Assembly: GCA_037144045.1 (NCBI GenBank)
Contig: JBAWXN010000001.1
Location: forward strand, 203,752-267,751
Origin: a bacterium
Lineage (GTDB): Bacteria; Patescibacteriota; Minisyncoccia; Phycocordibacterales; UBA1006
DNA: 64,000 bases
Direction: 5' to 3'
Shown: in pieces, positions 37,340 through 47,339 of the stretch
Numbering within the stretch: the first letter of the stretch is position 1
Layout: the number at the start of each line of letters is the position of its first letter
Translations under genes and position numbers: made by a program
The notes under the pieces: generated by a model
Databases searched by the model: none
Told to the model about the DNA's origin: nothing
What the model saw: only the letters and a program-made list of their open reading frames with translations

Positions 37340-40300
37340 TTACTTACTGATAAGCGCCCACGTTTTAGGACCTACTACCCCATCAGTTTTCAATTTATTT
37401 TGTTTTTGGAATCGTACTACAGCAAGTTTGGTTTTTACCCCAAACAGAGTTGATTCTTTTCCTGGCGAACCAGCACCTGTTTTAGCAATAATAAACCCTT
37501 TCTTGTTTAATGCCTGTTGTAATAATTTTACATCAGCACCCTTCAAACCTTGCTTAAGGGTTCGTTGTACTGTTGTAGTTGGTTGAGTATTTTTTACAGG
37601 GTCATTCACGGGTTGTGAAGACCATGCTTGCCCAACACCTCGATACGAACCTGATGATGAGCCACCGCCTGTAGATGTATCAATCACAGTAAACGGCCCA
37701 ACCATTACTGTATTTGAATCATTATTATTTGCGTCACGACATCCGAAACTAAATGAATACGTACCACCAACCTTGAGCCCTGATACATATGCCGTCTGTT
37801 CAGTATTACTATCAGTTATATCGCTAATATGTAGTTCTGCACTATCACTTACCGACGACTGAATTGGATATGCAAATGGTGTACACACTTCTGAAACAGT
37901 GAACTTGTATGTCGCATTAGCAATCGTTGTCTGCGCTGCAATTGATTTTACCTCGGTAATAATAGGAGCCGTCACGTCAGTTATTTCAAATGTTGTACGC
38001 AAGACAGGATAACTATCTGTCACCGTGCTCCAAATATCTGTGAAATTCCAACTACCTTCACCAGAAGCAAATACTGGCTTCGTTGCGTTGTTGAAGAAAT
38101 AAGCCGTGTCTGGATCTGCGATCGTATTTACCGCAGTACAATCTGAAGCACTTTGATCGTCAACACATCCAAGCGAATTCTTTTCTTCGTCATAATATAC
38201 CTCTCCAAAAACGAGTGTTGCACCCATGTTATTACTTCCCACAACTGAACCCTTGGCATGATCTGCAACCATGGTATTAGCTACAAAAGAATTGTAGATG
38301 TACAGCGACCCTTCATCATTGCGACCAACAAGTCCTCCTGCGTCTCCACCATTTGCGTATGCCGCAACACTTCCTGCTGCATATACCTCAGCGATAAACA
38401 CCGTACCACTGTTACCAGCACCTGACACACCAATGATTCCTCCGACACCACCAGTTGAACCAAGGGTTCCGTTAAAATATGAGTTAGTGATATTCAACGT
38501 ATGATTTCCAATATACGTTGATCCAATTAAACCTCCAACATATCCACCGTTTGCGCCAACGCTTCCTGTCGCATAGTTTTCTGACATTGTATTAATAAAC
38601 TCACCGCTACCATCGCGATAGTTACCAATATACCCGACGAGGCCTCCTGAATAACTTCCTGAACCTACTGATGCAAGTGACCGGTTTGCGGTAATGGTAA
38701 TATATGCGGTTGAATCGTCCCCATAAGTACTGATGTTCTGATACCCAATAAGCCCACCTGCATAGTAACCCCCTGAAGCAATTACACCCTCAACACTATT
38801 GCCATTGACTGTAAAATGGAAACTCTCATCATCATCGTCCATACTATGATACATATAACCAATAAGTCCTCCAGCTGCTGAATCTGTTGCTTCAACTTCA
38901 GCACTTACCCTATTGTTTGCAATAGTAATATTGTTTACATCGTTATTGTAGTAGGTGTATGAATCAATATACCCAATAAGTCCTCCAACATTTTCTGTTC
39001 CGTAAATATTACCACTAGTAACAGTATTACCTGAAACAGTTAAGTTTATAGTTGTGTCATCATCCTGGTCTCCGTCTAACTCAACCTCGCCAATAATTCC
39101 TCCAACATCAGAACCGCCATGAGCGCTGTCACCAGCGACTGTTCCTGTAAATGAGTTATTGGTTAATGAAGTTAAAACACTATATCCTTCCTCGTCTGGG
39201 TATGAATAGAGGTAGCCGACAATACCTCCAACCTTGCTATTTCCAGAAACAACACCACTTGACGAACTATTTGAAATACTTGAACTATGAATCGTTGCAC
39301 CATCAGAGTCCATATAACCAACCAATCCTCCAACATCATTACCTCCCCATCCATAGTTAGGATTGTATAGCCCGTTTACCGCAAGATCACTACGTACATT
39401 TGAAATTGTTGTGTGATATGCATATCCAACAAGTGCCCCTACTTCATAGAATCCTGTAACAGAACCGGTATGCAATGTAACGTTTTTAATAGTGGCTCGA
39501 TCGGTCATCTTGAAAAGACCAACATCACCTTCTTCTGGCAGGTTAATAGTTAAATTACTAATAGTATATCCACGTCCATCAAACACTCCTCGGAAAGTAT
39601 TGTTCCATCCTCCGTTTCCAAGCGCTCGGAAGTTTGGAATTCCCGAACAGTCAATATTTTGAGTTAAATTAAATGTATGTGTATAGGTGTCTGCTTCGGT
39701 ATCCATTGCTTGTAGTTGTGCACAACTACTGATCTCATGTACGGTAGAATTACCAACTGTAAATTGAACTGGGTTAGAGTACTCTCCGTAACCAAGCCAA
39801 TTTTCTGCAGAGATTCTGACATCGTATGTCTGGTCATAATCAAGCTTATTATCGTTATCATCGTATGACAAACTTGTCGTTGTAGCCTCAAGAGCCAGAG
39901 GATTATCCCAATTTGCTGTTGAAAGTTTTACTTGAATGCGATAGCTACTAATTGGAAGTCCGCCATCTGAGAGTGGCACTTCCCACGTAAAGTCAGGATT
40001 TAGGCCATTTACTTGTGCAGTAACATTTTGAGGTTCTGCTGGAGTTGAGATTGCATCTATTGGAATCAGTGTTGGATAATCACCGTCTTCCTGATGCCAA
40101 ACATTTGTAAAATTCCACTGCGTCATCGGAGCTGAAGTTGGTAACAGGAAATAGAATCCTGCGCTCGATGCTCCAGTACATCCATCACCCACTTCGGCAC
40201 CCGAAGCAATACATGAATCGCTTCCATTCGCGGTTGAATCGTAATAATTATTAGTAATCGTTACAGTACTTTGCCTTCGCCCCATAAATGCTCCGTGATT

Positions 40301-42424
40301 ACTTCCACCTGAAACAGTAGTTGCAGCAAAATTGTTGGCAAAAACTACATCGGATCCTCCTTCAGCATATCCTACAAATCCACCAACATCGCCACCCTGG
40401 CCCGTGACATCACCCACTGCATAGTTACGAAGTAAATAAGTACAACAATTTCCTGTTTCTCCAACAAAACCACCGACAGCATAGCTACCCCCATTTACCG
40501 TAGCTCGCGCATAACTATCAGAAATAGTTGTATTTACTGCGTACCCAGTGAATCCTCCAGAAGAAGAAACTCCTCCTGTTACTGTTCCTACGAAACTACT
40601 TTTTGAAACTCCATTCGACGATTGGATAAGTCCAGCAAATCCTCCGACTCGTCCAGCACTTGCGTTTATTGTTCCTGATACGTGAACACCAACAACCGTT
40701 CCATAGATAGTTCCGGCAAGTCCTCCAACATGATCATCACCGCCGGTGACCGTCATATTAGTAAGATTAAAACCATACACAAGAGCACTACCATCAATCT
40801 GAGTAAAAAGTCCTCCCTTACCTGTTGGACCAAGATTGATAGTAATCCCTGAGATAGTATGCCCTCCTCCAACAAATATTCCATCAATACCTTCAATCGG
40901 TATAAATCCAAAATACTGTCCTGGATTTTGAGGATCTTCGTTCCATGTTGCAGTTGCCGAACAATCAATATCATTCCCAAGCGTTACATGTACCCCTTGC
41001 CCAACATTTCCTTGAAGCGACTGAAGCTCTTCACAGGTAGTAACCAAGTAAGGAGTGTTCTCTGACCCATCACCTGCACCCAAGAAACTGTGATCTACAG
41101 TAAATGACGGAATGTTAATTGTATTTGAAAGATTTCCTCCGGCATCACGAACACGAACGGTACAATCTGAATAGGTACCAGTATCGAATCCAAAACTAAT
41201 AGTATTTGAACCAACCGTTGCTGGTACTTCTTCACCACTACATGCACCACCAGTGACGATAGTTCCCGCCTCATCTGTGGTAAATATATAATTTTGAGTA
41301 TATGCACGGGTTGGTGTTGTGATTGCCGTTATTTCTGAAATAACAGGAGCCGTAACATCTGGATCATCATTTACCACACCACCATCAGCGGTGATTGCGC
41401 GCAACGACGGATACTCATCAGTATTTGTTTCCCAGATTGTAGTAAAATCCCATGACGTAAGTGGTGCATTTGCTGCATCGTCTTTAAAATAGTGGATATT
41501 TGTGTTTCCGGCATTTACCCCTTCACACTGACCTATAACAGGTATAATCACCGCTCCATTGTTGTTGTATCCACACATAGTTCGTGTCGATCGGGAAATA
41601 TCAAAAAAGTTATTAGTAAGTCCTGCCGATGGTGTACTTGTTCCGTCTTGGTCATTTCCCCACAGACCTCCAAAGAAGAACGTATTTTGACCAGACAAAA
41701 CTGCTCCCGCATTAAAACTATTAGTGATAATACTTCCTGTTAAGCGCCAACCTGTCAGACCTCCCAGGTGATAAATAGCATCCGTATTTCTTCCGACCTG
41801 CCCGCGATTATATGAATTTATAATACTTGCATAACTCGTCATAAAGCCGGTAATACCTCCAATTTGAGATCCACTAGCAGAGGAAACCTCTCCTGTGTTG
41901 TATGAATTCGTAATAGTAGCATCAGCAAGAAATCCTACAAGACCACCAACATACGAACGCCCCCGAACACTTGCCTCGTTTACGACACGCTCAATTACAG
42001 TAGCTCCGTCAGCAGAAGCCACAACACCTGCAACATAATCACCGGTTGCAGAAACAGATCCAGTAACTCGTACGTCATGAATATGTGCACCGGTAACCTT
42101 ACCAAAAACTCCAACATACTGTGCACCAACATTGGAAATATTTACATCAATCGTATACCCTTGACCATCAAAATCACCTGTGAACGGATCGTTTACAGCG
42201 CCCATAGATAGGAAACTTGTTCCTGAACAATCAATATTATTTGCCAGTTTATATGAAGCCCCTGTATTGAAAGAAATTTCAGTAAGCTGAACACAGTCAG
42301 TAATCATATAAGGATCCCCAATAGTTCCGGCACCTGAACCAGTAAACGCGAACGCATGGCTTGCAGTAACCAAGCTCATTATGAGCAGTGCAATAATTGA
42401 TGCAGTTTTTTTAAAGTAATTCAT
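37340..42424 (-). CDS. Giant (1694 aa) secreted surface protein with many GLUG-motif Gly-rich repeats, an FN3 domain and a C-terminal peptidoglycan-binding domain
   Basis: Signal peptide MNYFKKTASIIALLIMSLVTASHAFA. Tens of GLUG-like repeats (VGGLVGY..., GGLIGY..., VGGFVGY...NSYA.G.V). FN3-like PQNVTAQVNGLNPDFTWEVPLSDGGLPISSYRIQV...YDVRISAENWLGYGEYS. C-terminal LKQGLKGADVKLLQQALNKKGFIIAKTGAGSPGKESTLFGVKTKLAVVRFQKQNKLKTDGVVGPKTWALI (PG_binding_1). Confidence 0.75.
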   Translation of the reverse strand: MNYFKKTASIIALLIMSLVTASHAFAFTGSGAGTIGDPYMITDCVQLTEISFNTGASYKLANNIDCSGTSFLSMGAVNDPFTGDFDGQGYTIDVNISNVGAQYVGVFGKVTGAHIHDVRVTGSVSATGDYVAGVVASADGATVIERVVNEASVRGRSYVGGLVGFLADATITNSYNTGEVSSASGSQIGGITGFMTSYASIINSYNRGQVGRNTDAIYHLGGLTGWRLTGSIITNSFNAGAVLSGQNTFFFGGLWGNDQDGTSTPSAGLTNNFFDISRSTRTMCGYNNNGAVIIPVIGQCEGVNAGNTNIHYFKDDAANAPLTSWDFTTIWETNTDEYPSLRAITADGGVVNDDPDVTAPVISEITAITTPTRAYTQNYIFTTDEAGTIVTGGACSGEEVPATVGSNTISFGFDTGTYSDCTVRVRDAGGNLSNTINIPSFTVDHSFLGAGDGSENTPYLVTTCEELQSLQGNVGQGVHVTLGNDIDCSATATWNEDPQNPGQYFGFIPIEGIDGIFVGGGHTISGITINLGPTGKGGLFTQIDGSALVYGFNLTNMTVTGGDDHVGGLAGTIYGTVVGVHVSGTINASAGRVGGFAGLIQSSNGVSKSSFVGTVTGGVSSSGGFTGYAVNTTISDSYARATVNGGSYAVGGFVGETGNCCTYLLRNYAVGDVTGQGGDVGGFVGYAEGGSDVVFANNFAATTVSGGSNHGAFMGRRQSTVTITNNYYDSTANGSDSCIASGAEVGDGCTGASSAGFYFLLPTSAPMTQWNFTNVWHQEDGDYPTLIPIDAISTPAEPQNVTAQVNGLNPDFTWEVPLSDGGLPISSYRIQVKLSTANWDNPLALEATTTSLSYDDNDNKLDYDQTYDVRISAENWLGYGEYSNPVQFTVGNSTVHEISSCAQLQAMDTEADTYTHTFNLTQNIDCSGIPNFRALGNGGWNNTFRGVFDGRGYTISNLTINLPEEGDVGLFKMTDRATIKNVTLHTGSVTGFYEVGALVGYAYHTTISNVRSDLAVNGLYNPNYGWGGNDVGGLVGYMDSDGATIHSSSISNSSSSGVVSGNSKVGGIVGYLYSYPDEEGYSVLTSLTNNSFTGTVAGDSAHGGSDVGGIIGEVELDGDQDDDTTINLTVSGNTVTSGNIYGTENVGGLIGYIDSYTYYNNDVNNITIANNRVSAEVEATDSAAGGLIGYMYHSMDDDDESFHFTVNGNSVEGVIASGGYYAGGLIGYQNISTYGDDSTAYITITANRSLASVGSGSYSGGLVGYIGNYRDGSGEFINTMSENYATGSVGANGGYVGGLIGSTYIGNHTLNITNSYFNGTLGSTGGVGGIIGVSGAGNSGTVFIAEVYAAGSVAAYANGGDAGGLVGRNDEGSLYIYNSFVANTMVADHAKGSVVGSNNMGATLVFGEVYYDEEKNSLGCVDDQSASDCTAVNTIADPDTAYFFNNATKPVFASGEGSWNFTDIWSTVTDSYPVLRTTFEITDVTAPIITEVKSIAAQTTIANATYKFTVSEVCTPFAYPIQSSVSDSAELHISDITDSNTEQTAYVSGLKVGGTYSFSFGCRDANNNDSNTVMVGPFTVIDTSTGGGSSSGSYRGVGQAWSSQPVNDPVKNTQPTTTVQRTLKQGLKGADVKLLQQALNKKGFIIAKTGAGSPGKESTLFGVKTKLAVVRFQKQNKLKTDGVVGPKTWALISK

Positions 42425-42435
42425 AGATGTAATAA

Positions 42436-42876
42436 TTATTTTTTGACCGGATATACCGTGACACGGTCTGCAGTTACTGTTCCTGGTTCTTGTTCATTAC
42501 CAACAATAGTAATTCGCTGACCTACACGTACCTGAACTTTTTCCTTGCTTGCCTTAGAGGGCGCCCGGTTACTTTTTTGTTTTTGAGTAGATGCCAGTAA
42601 AGTTTTTTTAGCACCTTGGTTAGATGATACCCCGTTAGTAATTTTTGCACCTGTTAATGAAACAGAAATTTTTTGATTTCCATCATCAACTACTGCCGTT
42701 GTACCTGTGATACTCAGTACAATACCAGAAATAATTGTACGGGTTTCATCAGATGCAAAACTTGCACGAGGAGCTATTAAAAAAATGCCCACGATGAGTA
42801 AAAACGTAGACACGAAAAAAACATTGCGGGCCGATTGAATGGTAAATAGAATACTCATAAAAAACAGACAGTCCAC
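42436..42876 (-). CDS. Small membrane-anchored exported protein
   Basis: N-terminal TM helix, then a Ser/Thr-rich beta region. The gene immediately precedes the giant gene on the same strand. Possibly DUF5666-like. Confidence 0.4.
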   Translation of the reverse strand: MDCLFFMSILFTIQSARNVFFVSTFLLIVGIFLIAPRASFASDETRTIISGIVLSITGTTAVVDDGNQKISVSLTGAKITNGVSSNQGAKKTLLASTQKQKSNRAPSKASKEKVQVRVGQRITIVGNEQEPGTVTADRVTVYPVKK

Positions 42877-42946
42877 TTAAATAATAATACTTCTATTGTA
42901 TCAATGAATATTTTTAAATACAAGATAAAAACACCCGAAGGTGCTG

Positions 42947-43069
42947 TTATCGATGCGGATTTTTCTTCATTCGAGCTTGCTTTGCGGCAACCTTGATTGC
43001 AATGCGTTTCTTGGTCTTTTTAGAGTGAGACGCCTTGTTTTTGATTCCTTGATTTAATCGTTTTGCCAT
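42947..43069 (-). CDS. Possible 40-aa lysine-rich basic peptide
   Basis: MAKRLNQGIKNKASHSKKTKKRIAIKVAAKQARMKKNPHR. Too short for the ORF track. The composition is ribosomal-protein-like but no confident family match. Confidence 0.25.
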   Translation of the reverse strand: MAKRLNQGIKNKASHSKKTKKRIAIKVAAKQARMKKNPHR

Positions 43070-43109
43070 ATAGACCTAGTATAGACTAAATTGACAAATA
43101 AGGCAATGA

Positions 43110-44255
43110 TTACCGTTCAATGTATTTCATAGTTCCCCATCCAATGAATCCAAGTATTCCTGCAATAAGGAACGGCGCACCTGGATGTGACGCATAGGTA
43201 ACCGTTGCAATGAGTGGTCCTACAATCATTGATAGTGACATGATCGATGCCGAAATTCCTAAATATTCACCACGCTTGTGTTCGTTATGTCCCGCAATAA
43301 TACTTCCGAAAACGGTACGCAAGTTTCCTTGACCAAAAGTAGTAAGAATAAGTCCAATAAAAAATGATACCATCAGTGGTACTGATTGAAACACCATTCC
43401 AACCCCAAACATTACTAACATAATTAATGCAAGCGTTCGCTGTTGAAAATGCACTAGCCAAAACTTTTTAAGCAGTACGAGTTGGTTAATCACAATGAGT
43501 AATCCCACCCCTGCAAATAGTAATCCTGTCGTTTGTGCATTCATACCAAAGACATCCTGCACATATAACGAAAAGGTTCCCTGTTGTACTGATAATGCCG
43601 TTCCAAATAAAAACCAAACAAAGAATATCCATCGCATCTCGTGATTTTTGAATCCATCAATAATAGGCGTAAATGGATTGTACGATAGTTTCTTGTCTTG
43701 AATGCGTACATGATGTGTTTCCGGAAGGAAGAAATATGCAAGGACTGCATTAACGGCAGCAAGGATTCCTACGAAATAAAACGGCGCATGAGTACCCAAA
43801 AGCGCAATAAATCCACCTAGCGCTGGACCAATAATAAATCCAATTCCAAACAAAGCGCCGAATAATCCCATATTTACAGCGCGTTCTTTTGAATCTTTAG
43901 CAATATCTGCAAGCGCACTTTGTGCAGTCGTAATGTTCCCTGCGGCGAGCCCGTCGATAATGCGACCAATAAAAAGAAATGCGACACTCCATGCCTGAGC
44001 AAACACAAACCACCCTATTGCACTAGAAATAATACTTATAATAAGAACGGGTCTGCGACCAATACGATCTGAAAGCGCCCCTAGATAAGGCGCAGAAAAA
44101 AATGAAAATAGTGCATATACTGCAAACAAGAGCGTCACCACTGCCGGTGACACGCCAAATGATTGTACATACGTAGGCAAAATAGGAATAATGATTCCAA
44201 GACCTACAATATCAATAAATACCGTAAATAATACTAATGCTTTAACATTTTTCAT
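43110..44255 (-). CDS. MFS transporter
   Basis: VLFTVFIDIVGLGIIIPILPTYVQSFG, motif A-like LGALSDRIGRRPVLII. About 12 TM segments. Confidence 0.8.
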   Translation of the reverse strand: MKNVKALVLFTVFIDIVGLGIIIPILPTYVQSFGVSPAVVTLLFAVYALFSFFSAPYLGALSDRIGRRPVLIISIISSAIGWFVFAQAWSVAFLFIGRIIDGLAAGNITTAQSALADIAKDSKERAVNMGLFGALFGIGFIIGPALGGFIALLGTHAPFYFVGILAAVNAVLAYFFLPETHHVRIQDKKLSYNPFTPIIDGFKNHEMRWIFFVWFLFGTALSVQQGTFSLYVQDVFGMNAQTTGLLFAGVGLLIVINQLVLLKKFWLVHFQQRTLALIMLVMFGVGMVFQSVPLMVSFFIGLILTTFGQGNLRTVFGSIIAGHNEHKRGEYLGISASIMSLSMIVGPLIATVTYASHPGAPFLIAGILGFIGWGTMKYIER

Positions 44256-44275
44256 AGGTCGTTATAGTATCACAA

Positions 44276-44983
44276 TTAGTGAGTAATAGCTTCAGGTGTG
44301 TTCTGAACTAATATTGCTTGCAAGTACGGAATAATACGATCCGCCATTTTTACATATCCTGCATCATCAGGATGCAGGGGGTCAAACTTATTAGTAATCG
44401 TCCAAAAAACTCCTTGCATGAGTTGAGGTACGTAGACAATTCCATACTTATCAGCAAGTGCACGTAGCTGCTTATTTCGGTTCGCATACAACACATTGTC
44501 AGTCACTTCACCAAAGATAGTAACGATACCCCGCTCTGAAAGTTGTTTGAATAACGATTCCGTATTCGCCAAAAATTCAGATTCCGGAACGAGATGGATA
44601 GCATCATTGCCGCCAATAACTAAAATAACAACCTTAGGATGATAGGTGAATACATCAGCATCAATGCGTTTGAGTAAATCTGCCGTTTCATCGCCACGGT
44701 GACCCTGGTTTAAAATAGTAATTCCGAGACGTGATTCGATAATGCTGACGAATCCGTTCAACTGTGCAGCACCCAGGCCTTCAACAAGGCTATCACCAAA
44801 TGCGATCACATCGTATTGATCCTTATCAGGTGTTACTATCCGGGACACATACCGTTTATTATTCACCGCATCATAGGCCCAGAGTACCATCCATAATACT
44901 ATTGCAAGTAATATAATGCGCCCAATATAATAGAATATTTTTTTAAATCCTTGTGACTCCTTCATAATCATTAGTATACGCAA
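44276..44983 (-). CDS. SGNH/GDSL-family hydrolase, membrane-anchored
   Basis: VIAFGDSLVEGLGA (block I, catalytic Ser), VVILVIGGNDA (block III), DPLHPDDAGY (block V, DxxH). N-terminal TM helix. Confidence 0.7.
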   Translation of the reverse strand: MRILMIMKESQGFKKIFYYIGRIILLAIVLWMVLWAYDAVNNKRYVSRIVTPDKDQYDVIAFGDSLVEGLGAAQLNGFVSIIESRLGITILNQGHRGDETADLLKRIDADVFTYHPKVVILVIGGNDAIHLVPESEFLANTESLFKQLSERGIVTIFGEVTDNVLYANRNKQLRALADKYGIVYVPQLMQGVFWTITNKFDPLHPDDAGYVKMADRIIPYLQAILVQNTPEAITH

Positions 44984-45013
44984 AAATACCCCCTTGCGGA
45001 AGTAGTATGCTCG

Positions 45014-45547
45014 TTATTTTGTAAATACGATTTGTCCTCCGTTATCCTTGATTGAAATAATAAGACTTCCGGTTGTATCAATTTTCACCTGAGTTCCATC
45101 CATAAGGTATTTAGTGAAGTCTTGTTCCTGTGAACCTTCGCAATACATTTGAGTACTCATGAATGGGCCAAATGAGATAATTCCATCAGAACCGAATACG
45201 TATTCCCCACCAAATCCGTTACAATCCGTAGTTCCTTGTACCCGCCCATCAGCTCCTAATGTTACCGAAAAAGCATCCGATCTTTTAGGATTAATCACGG
45301 TTCCATCAGCAAGTACTGTTGTTTTCCAAATCCATTTTACGCGAGTAACCTCTGAAGCACGCGGTGGCGGCGTTGAACCTGGAGGTAATTTAGCACTGGG
45401 TACTAGTACTGATGAGGTTACCGAACCAGAAGAAACGTTTCCAGAGTCAATCGGTGTTGCACCATTATAGAGAGCCATTAATGTAATGAGCCCAACGAGC
45501 AATGCCAGACCAATAACGATACGGATGGTTTGTTGATGTTTATTCAT
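45014..45547 (-). CDS. META/HslJ-like (DUF306) domain lipoprotein or secreted protein
   Basis: TDCNGFGGEYVFGSDGIISFGPFMSTQMYCEG is the META-domain pattern. N-terminal TM/signal segment. Confidence 0.6.
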   Translation of the reverse strand: MNKHQQTIRIVIGLALLVGLITLMALYNGATPIDSGNVSSGSVTSSVLVPSAKLPPGSTPPPRASEVTRVKWIWKTTVLADGTVINPKRSDAFSVTLGADGRVQGTTDCNGFGGEYVFGSDGIISFGPFMSTQMYCEGSQEQDFTKYLMDGTQVKIDTTGSLIISIKDNGGQIVFTK

Positions 45548-45556
45548 AGGTAATTA

Positions 45557-45808
45557 TTATAGCATAGTCGTAGCTATTAATTGTTGTTTTTCATTACGCG
45601 TCATACGTTTTAACACTGCTTCACGGGATCGTACCGTTGCATAATCAGTACATTCCTCTGAATATACCAACTGCACGGGGCGACGAATTTTCGTGTAATG
45701 TGCTCCGGATTTTAAATGATTGTGTGCATGAAGCCTTTTTTCAAGGTCTAATGTAGAACCTACATAGAATGTTCCATCATTACATTTTAGGATATACGCA
45801 AAAAACAT
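45557..45808 (-). CDS. GIY-YIG nuclease-superfamily small protein (UPF0213-like)
   Basis: FFAYILKCNDGTFYVGSTLDLEKRLHAHN...RREAVLKRM. Confidence 0.7.
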   Translation of the reverse strand: MFFAYILKCNDGTFYVGSTLDLEKRLHAHNHLKSGAHYTKIRRPVQLVYSEECTDYATVRSREAVLKRMTRNEKQQLIATTML

Positions 45809-45844
45809 ACTCCTACTGTAGCATGTTTTTGTAAGTCCAATCTG

Positions 45845-46105
45845 TTACATTTTTTTGCGCAAGAATTCAGTACGGAGGATAATTCCTTTCATGTCCTCAT
45901 AACGACACTCGATTTCTTCTTCATCGCCGGTCAATCGAATATTTTTAATTACGGTTCCCTTTTTAATCGTGAGTTTAGTACCTCCTACTTTAAGGTCCTT
46001 AATGACCTGCACGGTGTCACCACTGGCAAGTTCTGCTCCTTGTGAATCAACCACTTTATATGCGTCTTCTTGTTCGTCATGTTCCATATACGGCGAGTGT
46101 AGCAT
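45845..46105 (-). CDS. PhnA C-terminal-domain-like small protein (YjdC-like)
   Basis: VVDSQGAELASGDTVQVIKDLKVGGTKLTIKKGTVIKNIRLTGDEEEIECR matches the PhnA C-terminal domain pattern. Confidence 0.6.
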   Translation of the reverse strand: MLHSPYMEHDEQEDAYKVVDSQGAELASGDTVQVIKDLKVGGTKLTIKKGTVIKNIRLTGDEEEIECRYEDMKGIILRTEFLRKKM

Positions 46106-46129
46106 ACTATCTTATAAAATAAAAAAACC

Positions 46130-46366
46130 TTATTCAGGCTTTTTACTCTGCATCATAGGCAAGCTATCGATATACAATCGTTCTACTTTGGTGCGTGCCC
46201 AAGGAGTTCTTCGTAGAAATACGAGACTTGATTTAATACTTGGGTCTACTTGAAAACAATTAATGCGCACATACTGCCCTAATGGTTCCCAACCATAATG
46301 AGCGACTAATTCGTTCAAAATCATTTCTAATGTTTTCCCTTGGAGCGGATTGTTACCATTATTCAT
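46130..46366 (-). CDS. Small conserved protein (VF530/DUF2132-like)
   Basis: [61 protein letters not shown]. Family assignment from memory only. Confidence 0.45.
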   Translation of the reverse strand: MNNGNNPLQGKTLEMILNELVAHYGWEPLGQYVRINCFQVDPSIKSSLVFLRRTPWARTKVERLYIDSLPMMQSKKPE

Positions 46367-46398
46367 GACTCATATGTACCATAATTTGTAGTAAAAGA

Positions 46399-47316
46399 CT
46401 ACTTAATTTCTGCGCAGTCTTTTTGATTCATTTGAAATCCTGGAGTCAATTTTTCAGGATGCGCATAGACATAGCTCCCGTCTTCACTATCCTTCATTTC
46501 ACCAAAAAATGCGACTGCAGATCCTTCTCCAAACTGAATTTTCAATTGTTCTGTTGCCTGCATTCCTTCTGCCATTACATTCCACCATACATCAGCGGTA
46601 CGTGAAGAAATCTTTGGATTCATAGGTCCCACCACTCCTTCAAAAGTTCCTGTTTTAGAATCCTTTTCTGCGGGTAAATTTTTATACTCACCAGAAATTG
46701 TATTACCTAAGATAGTCATGTTCAATATGGCTCGATCAAAAAATCCAGCAGGCGTTTTCTTTTCATACGAATAACACATGGCAATAGGTTTTACACACTC
46801 TGTAGCAACATATGAACGTACCTTGTATTCTTTGGTAGTATCTGGAACGAGTCCGTCTTTGTAGTTATCAATTAATGAATACTGTAGTTTATCAATTCCT
46901 GTTTTTGTAAATTTGTAAATTTCTTGTTCGATGTTTTTTGAACCCTCAACAGTATAGGCGTAGTCTGCCGTAATCGTATCACCTGCAATGGTACCCGTGA
47001 GATTTCCAGAGTATCCATTCGTCATATCAGGACCTGACTGACTCCCTTTTTTATTACCCGTTACTTGGGTTCCGTTTATGGTAAAGGTAAGATATTCGTC
47101 GACGGCATACGGCGCATCTTGAGTAGCTACCTGATGATACGCATAGCAACGGGTTCCTGTGGTTTGATCAAGTATCGTCTCAACCGGTGATACGGTGAGT
47201 GCCTGTGGCTGTGTTACTACTAATATCGCAACAACCCCTCCAACTAACACGATTAATGTTCCGATAATGATAATTATTTTTTTCATGAACTCATTATACC
47301 ACAATAAAAGACCCAC
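46399..47316 (-). CDS. Hypothetical secreted or membrane-anchored protein
   Basis: N-terminal TM helix KKIIIIIGTLIVLVGGVVAILVV. No recognised domain. Confidence 0.45.
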   Translation of the reverse strand: MGLLLWYNEFMKKIIIIIGTLIVLVGGVVAILVVTQPQALTVSPVETILDQTTGTRCYAYHQVATQDAPYAVDEYLTFTINGTQVTGNKKGSQSGPDMTNGYSGNLTGTIAGDTITADYAYTVEGSKNIEQEIYKFTKTGIDKLQYSLIDNYKDGLVPDTTKEYKVRSYVATECVKPIAMCYSYEKKTPAGFFDRAILNMTILGNTISGEYKNLPAEKDSKTGTFEGVVGPMNPKISSRTADVWWNVMAEGMQATEQLKIQFGEGSAVAFFGEMKDSEDGSYVYAHPEKLTPGFQMNQKDCAEIK

Positions 47317-47339
47317 CTCCGTGAGTCTTTTATATTCGA

